Below are positions 11,001 through 21,900 of a DNA stretch of 64,000 bases, one piece after another. Below the pieces are notes generated by a model. The model was not told the DNA's origin and ran no database searches. It saw only the letters and a list, made by a program, of their open reading frames with translations. A program made the translations under genes and the position numbers. Every line of letters begins with the position of its first letter. The stretch's first letter is position 1. The stretch is from contig NC_135903.1 of the NCBI RefSeq assembly GCF_964194155.1, positions 31,868,001-31,932,000 of the forward strand. Direction: 5' to 3'. The DNA is from Cetorhinus maximus (lineage: Eukaryota).

Positions 11001-13836
11001 AAAATTCTCATCCTTGTTTTCAAAACCCTCCATAAGTTCACCCCTCTATCATTGTAATCTCCTCCAGCCCCACAATCCATTGAGATATCTGTGCTCATCT
11101 AATTTTAGCTTCTTGTGCACCCCTGACTTTAATCGCTCCACCAGTGGTGTTGGCCTTGCCTTCAGCTGCCTAGGTTTTAAACTCTGAAATTCCCTCCCTA
11201 AACCTCTTTGCTTCTCTCCCTCCATTTCTTCATTTAACACCCTCCTTAAAATCTACCTCCTTGACCAAGCTTTTAGTCATCTGCCCTTATATTGCCCTAT
11301 GTGGCTCAAATTATGCTTAATAATGCTCCTGTGAAGCGCCTTGGGAGTTTTTAATCATGTTAAAGGTGCTATATAAATACAAGTTGTTGTAAAAGGTAAA
11401 GGCAAAAGGAACATATCCTGGAATTGCACCTTTTTTGAATTAAACAAAAGCACAGGGGGCAATTATTTCCTAGTGTATTCCCCATGGCAACAGTGTGACC
11501 AGAGTCAACTTGCCAAAGCCCTTATTTCTCATTCAGTATATATTGTTGCTCCCTTTGAAATTTGACAACCTTGCTTCTGTCCTGATGAGTGTAAGATGTA
11601 AAGTTTGGACAGGATGCCTCTTTTCTCCACAATTTTACTTTAGTTGCTAATATTGATATATGATCTTTGATTTACTTCCATTGCAGAATGCAATGTGATA
11701 TTGGAGAAGGAAATTCGACAGCGAAAAGACGTCAAAAATAAAAATGATCAAGATTTAAAACGGCAACGTTTGTTGTTGTCTCTTTAATGCAATGAATTGC
11801 TAATACCTGGTCCTGTTTCACAAGTGATGGGAAACTGCTGCACCAAGGGAAGAGAGGAATTAGCATAAAACTGAGTCTCATGGACCCACCAGTAAGGTCT
11901 CTGCCCAAATAAGAACCTGTAAAAAAAAAGGGAGATTGATTAACATGTGTCCAATATCCATTATGTGATTTTCTTACGTGTCCTCATTCTTTGCCAATTG
12001 TATTTAACTCTTCTAATAGGAAACTTCACTTACTGATACATGCAGGAAATGTGAACCATTGACTTATGATGGGTTAAAGGGGTCGGGTGCAGGGTGGCCA
12101 AGAAACTCTGGAAGGCAGGACATTGGAATCAAATTCAGCAGATGTAAGTTGGAACTGAGCCACAAACTGGAACGCCCAGTTGAGATTTCCTAGCTCTTGC
12201 CAAAAGTTCAGTTAAAGTACGATGCCATATTTCATAAGGAAACAGGGAAGGAAAGAGTTTCCAGAACTATTACATTGATCTCAACCAGGGGTAAAATCTG
12301 ATTAGAACCCTTCCAAGTTTGTTTCTTCTGGCTGCTGGGTTGACCTCTGTCTAAACACTTTCAAATGTGAACTAATACTTAAACATCCAAAGTTGTGCTA
12401 AAATAACAATTCACCTTAAAAAAAAATCCAAATTTTAAAAAATACCAGTAAGACATAAATATTAAACTTAAAAAATATTCATTAGCCTGAGTTAAGACCA
12501 AGAAAAACATCCAGCAAAGGGGTTAAAGGAGGATTTATTATTTTAATATTATCCATAATTTATCTTGAAATATTCATAATTTTAAAATGGAAGAATATTT
12601 AATACAATTTGTATAAGAATAAATAATTCCCAGATAGTGCAGAGTGAGGCAGCTCCAATATGCTTTGCTGCAGCTTCAAATTTTCATAAAGTATGTCCTG
12701 AGTCTCATGTTAACATTGGAAGATGCAGTGGTCAGAAGGGCCATGCACTTCCTGCAAAAAAAGTCAGTGGTTGCTCTATATTATCATTCCCGACCACAAG
12801 ATCCCCCCTGGCAGTTGGCCGGAGGTCAGTTGTCTGCCCACCTCTTAGCTCAAAAGAAACTGGACTGTAGGCAGGTGAAGGTACAAGAAGTTCAAGAAAT
12901 AAACGCCTCAAAAATATTTTAAGCACAAACCTTGATCATTCTTTAAAAATTGAGATTGAAATAAAAAGATTTACTTGTCCTCAAGTCATGAGTGCCCAAG
13001 TCTCAGAACTTAAACAAGCAACTTGAGGTTACTTATAATAAGAAAGAAATAAAGAACACATACATAGTGCTTTTCATGAGCAATGAATGTCACAAAGTGC
13101 ATTCAAATCAACTTTTCAAGTGTAGTCACTGTTGTAATGCAGGAAATGTGATGGCCAATTTGTGCTCAGAAATCTCCCACAAACAGCAATGTGGTAATGA
13201 CCATATAATCTAATTTTTGTGATATTGATTGAGGAATAAACATTGGCCAGGACACTGGGGATAACTCCCCTGCTGTTCCTCAAAATAGTACCATGGAACA
13301 TTTTACATACACTTGAGCAAGCTGATGGGGTATCGGTTTAACATCTCATCCGTAAGGCAGCATGTCTGGTAGTTCAGTAGTCTCTCAGTACTGCACTGGA
13401 CTGTCAGCCTTGACTTTTGCACCCAAACCCTGGAGTAGGAATTGAGTCCAGAATCTTGTGACTTAACCTTGTGAGGCAACAACGCTACCAACTGAGCCAC
13501 AGCTAAATAGTCTCAGTCTGCTACTTGTCATGTATTATGGTCAGTTCCATTGCTCTAATGAGAGACCTTTAACAAAACTCCAGGGAGCTTTTCTGAACAT
13601 ACTTACCATTTAAAGATGAGGTTGAGCCAGTCTCCAATGACTGCCACCCAGATGAGTTTGATGCCCACTGCTTCACACAGATGGAACCAGATGGGAAAGA
13701 AAACAAAGAAAGTGTTTCTCAGGTCGGCAGCAAAAGAGATAAAAGTGAACCAGCTCTGGGAATCCTTGTAATTCAACTGTAGATACTGCACCAGTTCTAC
13801 CCCTGAGCTGTGGAGCAGGTCCATCCCAGCGTCCAT
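8074..13836 (-). CDS. g6pc1: Glucose-6-phosphatase catalytic subunit 1-like, tandem copy 1 (5 coding exons, 357 aa)
   Basis: Exons 13836-13607, 11916-11807, 10246-10141, 9327-9212, 8585-8074 (230/110/106/116/512 bp, total 1074), all with GT-AG introns and in frame. PAP2 motifs K76-x6-R83P, PSGH119 and SR170-x5-H176 present, plus the N96 sequon (ANSS) and a C-terminal dilysine ER signal (GKKLL). Exon sizes match vertebrate G6PC1. Confidence 0.95.
10370..11390 (+). mobile_element. L2-clade LINE 3' fragment in intron 2 of copy 1 (also ~21417-22437, ~32522-33540)
   Basis: Y(T)DDTQLYL RT motif, WMNSNFLxLNIGKTE, and L2-type tail gtgaagcgccttggg...gctatataaatacaagttgttgt. Confidence 0.85.
13040..13503 (-). 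mobile_element. tRNA-derived SINE, DeuSINE/SacSINE1-like, in intron 1 (also ~24085-24548, ~35181-35644)
   Basis: Minus-strand head GCTGTGGCTCAGTTGGTAGC (A box). Body ...GCTGTTTGTGGGAGATTTCTGAGCACAAATTGGCC...ACAACAGTGACTACACTT resembles the Deu domain/L2 tail (recalled consensus). Confidence 0.65.
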
Positions 13837-13914
13837 TCTCTGCACTTTCAGAAGTTGCTGCAGGTTTTCTTGGCTTGCGGTTTGGTTTCTGGTTTTGCTT
13901 GTGGGGATTCAGGG

Positions 13915-14045
13915 TTTATATAGGAGATGAGAATGTTTTGCCATTTTGTTATCAATTTCATTAACAGCCAATAATCACAAAACTTTGAGCAAACCTAGGC
14001 AAACAATGTCAATGGCCTTTTTGGCAACAACACCTGCGTCAATGG
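13915..14045 (-). promoter_or_regulatory. Proximal promoter of tandem g6pc copies (TATA 13915-13922; also 24960-24967, 36056-36063)
   Basis: TATATAAA ~80 bp upstream of the ATG. Upstream of it: GATA-like TGATAA, HNF1-like GTTAATGAAATTG, CCAAT, HNF4-like CTCAAAGTTT, CRE-like TGACGCA. Factor assignments are motif inference only. Confidence 0.65.
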
Positions 14046-15137
14046 TCTGACTCGAGTGAAAATCCTAACGCAGGCAGGGATTGACAAGGCCAACCCTTGT
14101 GACAATATTGGAGCTCGACAAACCTCTAAAATTCATCATAAAAATGCGACAATCTCCGCTGCTTACATCATTTCTAAACTAAATAGAAGGGGCTGCATGT
14201 AGCAATAGGAAATTTGCTGACAATACTAAGTTATGCAGCCAGATGACTAGCGTAAGAGAGATTTGTATCATGCAAAAGGTTCTGCAGAAATTAAATGCAC
14301 AAGATACACAATGACCAAGGGATTCTGATGTGAATAATGCTTATTAAAATAGAAAATATGAATTATTGGAAATGGGTAACAGGTTTTGGTATTAGAAGTA
14401 ACTAATCAGTGTTGAATAATGGAGATTGTAAGACTGACTGAAATGTTGTTTGGTTGCCTTCAGTCAATAGAAATTTTTCAAAGTCTTGTCTTCTTGATAT
14501 CTTACCTGTGCTTCATTACTTCCATGAGGAGTTTCAATGTAATTCACATTAGTTTCTTGCTTAATGGGCAAAATGGCCTGTCCTTATGCAATGGTTTCTT
14601 ATGAAGACACAAAGACTCGTGGCCACGACTGAAGAATGAGAAACCAACTTTCTCCTCCCCTAGAGTGTCTATTTAAAATAATATTGGCACACCTGAATAT
14701 TGGATATTTGCTCTACCACAAACCAAATTGGCTGGGAGTGGTGACCTGTTTTCTATACCCAACTTCCAAGCTCTTTTCTCAGCATAGTATCTTTCAAAAT
14801 AATCAAAGTTTGAGGTTTCATTGCATGTTTTCTGATGTTTCTCTGAAATAAGCATTTTTGTCAGACATCTCAGGAGCAAATTCAGAGAATGTTCTCCAAG
14901 ACCTGTGTGAAAACTAAAGCAATAAGCAGTTTCAAAATGCTTTCTATTACACTGTTGAAAGTTAAGTCACATATAGTTGACTTTTTTTTCTCTAATCAGG
15001 CAATAGTAGAGCAATAGTATAATAATCACCACCAAAAGTGACTTAGAGGTCACCAATCTGAACAGTGACAATTGAAGGGACATAGACATAAGGTAAACCT
15101 ACTCAACTCTTGTTTCCAAAGGCTTCTCAAAGGCTTC

Positions 15138-16040
15138 TCTAAATAGAGCATCTGTAACCTGCTTGACACAAGTGCATACAGCTGATTGGGAGACACCGCA
15201 AAGATCACCCACCGAGCCCTGGAATAAGCCAGAGGCATAGAAGTTGAGGGCAACTGTGACCTTCAGAGCCACTGGCATGTGATGTCCACCCAAACAGTTA
15301 GGGGAGATCTCAGGGCCAATCATCTGACAGATATAGTTGACTTGATAGTAGGAGCCTCCTTCAGCACTGCACCTTAGTCATATTAAGGTAACTGTATACT
15401 CTGGCAGCAGGATAGTGGCATCTTCTGCGGCCCCTTCCACCTTGAACTACCTTTTGGCCCTGCACCCCTTGTGCCTGCGCCTGTCCTCCCAAAGGTGGCT
15501 CCCCTGGAGGCTGAATGTGCACTCCTGGCTCCTCCTTCCAGCTCTCCCTTCCTCCTTCGAGGAGCTGCCTCCAGTGGACAGATCAGATCCCATACCCAGG
15601 CTGAGGGAAGGCTTCCTGAAAGCTACAGTCCTGCAAAAGATTCCTCACTGCAGAGTGCTGACCAGAAAAGGCTGCTGGGGTGCGTTCTGAAGTACTGCAG
15701 ATCACACAGGCAAGTTTAAAATATTTTCCCCAATAAATACTTCACAAAGCAGATTCACGACCCCACTGAGCCCTCTCATCCCGCCCGTGGATGAGGTTAA
15801 TAGAAAAGTCTCCTACCCGCCTGCCCGTTGCACCCATGCGCGGACCCGAGGATCGGATGAGCGCCGAAAAATCGGTGTCGATTGAAGACTAAAGGGCCTT
15901 AACTGGCCCGGTAATTAATGGAGAGCAGGCGTCAGAATTCATCGCGCACCAGCCCAGCGAAATATCGCGATGGCACGCGGTGACATCGGTACACTCGCCC
16001 AATGTCACTGCACGTCATTTTATGTGCGGACATGTGGGGC
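15138..16040 (-). mobile_element. Truncated Harbinger fragment (subterminal region plus 5' part of transposase)
   Basis: Homologous to 3408-4320. Peptide ...MPVALKVTVALNFYASGLFQGSVGDLCGVSQSAV... runs into the array junction. Confidence 0.88.
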
Positions 16041-16049
16041 CTTCTGCCC

Positions 16050-16477
16050 CCACATCTTCTCCCTCCCCCCCCCCTCCCCCCCCCCCTCCCTCCCCCTCCT
16101 CCCCCCATGCCCCCCTCCCTCCCCTCCTCCCCCCCTCCTCCCCACCCTCCCTCCCCCTCCCTCCCCCCTCCCCTCTCACCCCCCTCCCTCCTCCCCCTCC
16201 TCCCCACCCTCCCCCCCACACACCTCCCTCCCCCCTCCCCCCCTCCACCCCATCCCCCTCCCCCTACCCTGACCCCCCACCCCCTCCCCCCCACACCCTT
16301 CCCCCTCCACCCGCCCACCCCCCTCTCCATCCCCCCACCCGCCTCCCACCCCACCCCCCCGCTCCCCCACACCCCCATCCCCACCCCCTCCCCCTCCACC
16401 CTCCCACCCCCTCCCCCTCCCCCTCCACCCCCCACCCCTCTCCATCCCCCACCCCCACCCTCCCCCTCCCCCACCCC
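16050..16477. repeat. C-rich low-complexity tract, unit 2
   Basis: Same position as in unit 1, ~0.43 kb. Confidence 0.95.
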
Positions 16478-18945
16478 TGACACAATGCAGGAAAATTACC
16501 AATTAGATAAATAAGCAGTTTATATATTTTTTTTCAATCTAGGGTTTTGAGATACAATATTGAGTATAATGAGACTGCCACCACCTTCCTTCAAGTGAAG
16601 CTTTTAAAAAAGTGCTTCAGTCTATATTAATAGTTCAACATCTGCATTTGAAAGCAGTTCTCCAAAAGTGAAAGGCAACTTTAGATTGTTGGTCTAGATT
16701 CAATGTGATGCAAAGTACACTCGGTACCTCAATAAAATATTTGTTTGCCAATTCAGGTTATGCTTGGATCAGGGTTAATAGTGGATTTTGATTTATTAGT
16801 GGCATTATATAGCCTCTTATTTTCATAATGTATTCCGATCAGAGGGTTATTTATAACCTTGTTGGCAGGCTTCCAAGAAATTACAGGTGAGTTTTTCCAC
16901 TCCTTGCCCCCACAACTGGCCAACATTCTATGGGCTTTATAATTCATGTAATGAACTAAGATATTGGTATAGATCCTAGAGGTCATCTTACCTAAGACCA
17001 ATCTATGGTTTGATGCCATATCCTAATTTAATAATGATTTCACCAACTTAACTGAGCTGTTACTAGGCAACCGCGAGTTACCAACTTTGACATTTCATGT
17101 TATACCTGAAGTTCCTGAAAGGAATTTAACATTCAGATTGTGCTAGAAGTATAGAACATACAAAAATTAATTTGATGTTACCTCCACCTATAAAGTAGGA
17201 CCAATTATGCAATACATTTTTGCTGTTTTGAATTTTTGGAAAAAGGAGAACTGATACAATTAAAGAGTAGTTGTGGGGAGTTTGAAGGTTTTAATGCATT
17301 TGTTTTCTACTTTCTACTGTTGTGTGGTGGACACACTAGAGGTATTGAGTGTGACAGAGTAGCTGACTTCAGGTCTGAATGCAAATAATATGTCACTTTA
17401 TTAGAATTAAATGAATGTACACAACATTTGAAATTACTATTACAACTAAACAGTTTAAAGTGCTTTGAGGACTTCATATTATACAAAAAGAAGAAAGGTA
17501 AGATTTGATTTTGAGTCCCAGATGTTGCTTGTTTTTCTTGGATGCAGTGCTGGCTGGATTGCGTAATGGAACATTGTGTGATGGATTATAGCACCGATCA
17601 ATATCATCATTACCCTGGTAGAACAACATTCAGACATCCAATTATGAAATGGCATTGAAGCAGCTACAATGAAGTTTGCAGCCTTACAAAGCCATTCTTG
17701 CCCAGGCATGGAGGCCAGGCAATGGAGGACGGCAGTCAGAGTGAAAATGCAGTTGAATATCAGGAGATATAAAGGACAAAGCAGTCCTCTTTATTGGGAC
17801 CCTATCCACCACCTTAAACATTCATTCCCTTCACCATTGATGCACAGTAGCAGTAGTGTGTACTATCTACAAGATGCACTGCAGCAACTCATCAAGCCTG
17901 CTTTGACAACACCTTCCAAATCCATGACCTCTAACATCTAGAAGGACAAGAGTAGCAGAGGCATGGGAACATCACCACCTACAAGCTCCCCTCCAAGCAA
18001 CGCACCATCCTGACTTGGAAATATATCACTATTCCTTCATTGTTGCTAGGTCAAAATCCTGGAACTCCCTTCCAAACAGCTTTGTGGGTGTATCCATATT
18101 ACATGGACGGCAGCAGTTCAATTGTATCCAAAGGATTAGACTATTCTGTTTTTAATTTGATTCCCCATTTACTATTCTTTGCTGTCTTGGTCAACTCCGG
18201 ATTGCTCTTCCTATGCTAAATGAGACCAAGCTGAGTGAGCAACAGACTCTCACGCCTTTCTTTGATGCTGTCTGTGTGCCAGTCACCGGTGCCAGCTTTC
18301 TCCACTGATCACACTCAGCTGCATGAAGAGTGCACCTGGGTCACTATATTATTGCTAAAAGCACATTACTTAACCCTATGCCCTCACCTTTTCAAGTTGC
18401 TGCTTGAAGAGTGTAGCTAGCTCATACTGGGACTCAGCAGCCAAGTCTGTCTATTGTTCTAAAATAGGCCCACAGTTTGTTCCGCCACATTAAGGAACAA
18501 GGTAACTAACTAGACAGTTACTCGTTAAGAAATACATAATTTCTCTGCATATTTTTACATCTTTTTGTACACTAAAATGTTGAAACTCAATTGAAAATAA
18601 TATCTAGTAACTAATAAAAAAAAATACAAATGTCCCAAAAATCTGAAATAAAAAACAGAGACAACACAGAAAAATAAGCAGGAAAACCAGACAGTTCATC
18701 AGCATCAGAAAAGAGAATTGCGTTTAACATTTCGTTGAACTGAATCTCTGTCTGTCTGCTTCTCTCTGTTTGGGTTTTCACTCTGTCTGTCTCACACATC
18801 TCTTCCTGTTACTCTCTCTCTTTTCTCTTTTCAGATTTTGAAAGAGCTTTTCTGTGTTTTCAGTATTTCCTGTGTTTTCTTTTTAAACACTCAACAGTGC
18901 TGGGAAGTTCATAAAGATATTTCCAAGTTTCGTAACTTCTGAGAT

Positions 18946-21900
18946 CTATAGGAGCTTCTTTCCCTCGCGGTTTACAATTTGAGAGACACAGTACGGGACA
19001 AATGCCACGGCTGCCAGAGGCACTGCAGCACTTTTACAGAAAGACAGTAAGTAAAAGAGGAATTCTCTCTGTGTCGGGGGCTTCATGGAGTCAAACAGGT
19101 GCAGGATGATCAAGGACGTCACCATGCAACTTAGTCTGAAGTTGAACTGCTGGCTTCTCTTTCCTTTGCAGCTTTCTGCATACATGGGGGAGTTGAGAGC
19201 TAATCCCAATCCAAACAGGGCTCCCATGTTCCTGACCAGACCAGCGAAGGGAGTGCTGTCAATGTGGACCCATTCTGCTCGGGCGCACCATCTCTGGGCT
19301 TTCTCCACGGACCACAGCAGATCCACTCCCACCAATTTCAACAGCAGGTAAAAGCCCAGAGCGAAGGAAAACAGGGAGAGGGTGATCTTCAGATACTGCT
19401 TGAAGGTTACATTGTAGATTGCATTAATCCGATCAAACACTTCGGCCACAGCCAATCCTATGTATGAAAATTTACAATTAATATTTCAGATATTTATATC
19501 ATTGGTAGAGAGATAGCAAATATGTATGTACAATATAAATGTGGGCCAATAGCAGAGTCACTTTATGAGGATCTATTGTAGTGTATTTGAAATATAAATC
19601 ATCATTATTTTAATACAATTTTCCATCTCACCTTGACCTCCTCAAGGGGAATTAGGGATGGGCAATGAATGATGGCCTAGTCAACGAAGCCCACATCCCG
19701 TGAACAAAAACAAACAGCTTCAATGCTGTGTTTATTTTTTCAATGCAGAAGAGCTTTCAATGATTTAGAGGACCTGGAGGTAGAAATTCGTCTGTGATGG
19801 CGTAAAATGGGCAATTTCAGATTAGTCCCCCGATATACACAGCACCTACTATTCATTTCCATTGAGTCCAGAGTCATTAAAGTTATCCTTATTGGAAACT
19901 CTTTCAAGTTATCAACAGTCACAGATTGCAACTCTTTCAAATACAATGACAGTTCTTGGTTTCCGGGAGTGGGACATGAACCCACAACCCTCTGATTCAA
20001 AGGTGAGGGTGCTATGGACTGAGCCACAGCTGACACCTCAGCCTTATTGGAAAGTTTCAGTTTTAGACACTGCAACCAAGTAGTTATTGAATCAATTATG
20101 TTTTAATTCCTTGAGAATTGAGTTATGTAGACTATCACCAATGGGAACAGAAGTTCAAATTAATGCAAGCTAAATCAATGCACAGTTAATATATTGAGTT
20201 TTTATTGTTATATTTTCAATTGAAAGAAGGAATCCTGACCTGAAATAACCCCCAAGATGACCTGATGTGGGAAGTGAGCAGCCAGAAACACTCTGGATGC
20301 ACAGACACAGACTTGAATCAGCCAGAACACTGTCCAAAGCAGTACATGGAGACACCTGGAAAATGAGAAGGTAATTATTGTACAGTTAATCAAAGAATGA
20401 GTCCATTACAATGAAAAGTCATGAGGGATTATGGCACCATTCATCCTCCATCCAACGAGCTAATATCCATCCATATGCATTTTTATCTATCTGTACTATA
20501 GATTAAACTATGTAGAAGCTATTGGAAAAACTGTAGTTTAAGATCTTAACACCCAAGTACCTGCACCTACACTATCTTTATTTGAATCAGCTTTATTACT
20601 GCTGTGGGGCAGTTCCTCAGTAAAAGAGATTCATCATTGAAATGAAAAGATAAGAATTAGCAAAGTAACTTCTTAGTATCAATTTTTTTTTAAGTTTAAT
20701 GCAGTTATTTATTGCAGTAAAGTTACACTAATATAAAGTTATATCAAAATGTATTGGGTTTAGTAACTTCCTGAGAATCAGCTCTCCCCCCAAAACTGGG
20801 GAGGTCAGAATGGACATAAATGTACACATGGTACAAGATCCCTAATCATAAATAGCATTTATGGGAATTCAAGTCAATCCACAGAACATTGTACTGAAAC
20901 TACTTGCACATAAACATTTCTAAAACATTTATCAAGATCAGACACAACTTGATAAATGTGAGAGGATCTTGATAAATGTGAGAGTGTTGAGTTTAAACAT
21001 AATTAACCTTTATGCATACACACCTACAGCACTGACATACAGAATTGCATACATGTTGAACTGCGTCCACACCTGACATAAAGAGCTGCATTTTATGTGC
21101 ACAAACCATATCAGTCCAAACAAGCCTAATATATTGAAGCAGTACTGTAGAAGCCTTGTATGTGCATATAATATTTTGAAATCTTACCATTTTTGGAAGC
21201 AGGGCTTCTTTTTTTGGAATCCAATTGTCAGGAATGCTGTGACCATCACATACCAGACACCAGATGAACCCATTGCATGGCCAGATGGACTTCCTGTCAA
21301 ACACATCATACAAAGGCTCAATTATAAAATGGTGTTTTCCATTGCTAATCATTTAAATAATACTTTGTAATGCTTTTTAACACGTCCTTTCCTACTCCTG
21401 CACTATTACATCCGGTGTCCCCCAAGGATCTATCCTTGGTCCCTTCCTATCTGTCCCTTCATGACGAATGCACAATGTTGGTTTACACATCTACACTGAC
21501 GACACCCAGCTCTACCTTCGCCTCCTCTCAACACCTCCATTGTCCCCAAATTGTCAGACTCCTCATCCAACATCCAGTACTGGATGAACAGTAACTTCCT
21601 CCAATTAAATATTGGGAAGACTGAAGCCGTTGTCTTTGTTCCCTGCTTCAAACTCCATTCCCTAGTTCCTAACATCACCCTTTTCCATGCAGATGCCTGA
21701 GACTAAACCAGACTGCTTGCAACTCTGGTGTCATATTTGACCCCAAGATGATTTTCCTGCCTCAAATCTGTACTATGACTAAGACTGCCTATTTCCACCA
21801 TCGTAACATCAGTGACTTCACCCTGCCTCAGCTTATCTGCTGCTGAAACCCTCAGTCATTTCCTTGCTACCACCAGACTTGACCTATTCCAGCACACTAA

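Larger units (their letters stand above)
3408..15137. repeat. Tandem segmental duplication unit 1 (~11.7 kb)
   Basis: Collinear near-identity with 15138-26182 and 26183-37255: Harbinger fragment, C-rich tract, g6pc gene, upstream region. Confidence 0.92.

Noticed and set aside
13430-13503. tRNA-like sequences (also ~19965-20035)
   Set aside because: Degenerate SINE heads attached to SINE bodies, with no complete cloverleaf.
13837-13845. ORF-track N-terminal extension MQR/MKR (also 24890, 35986, 52011)
   Set aside because: These start at GTG. The ATG three codons later gives the canonical 230-bp first coding exon and 357 aa.
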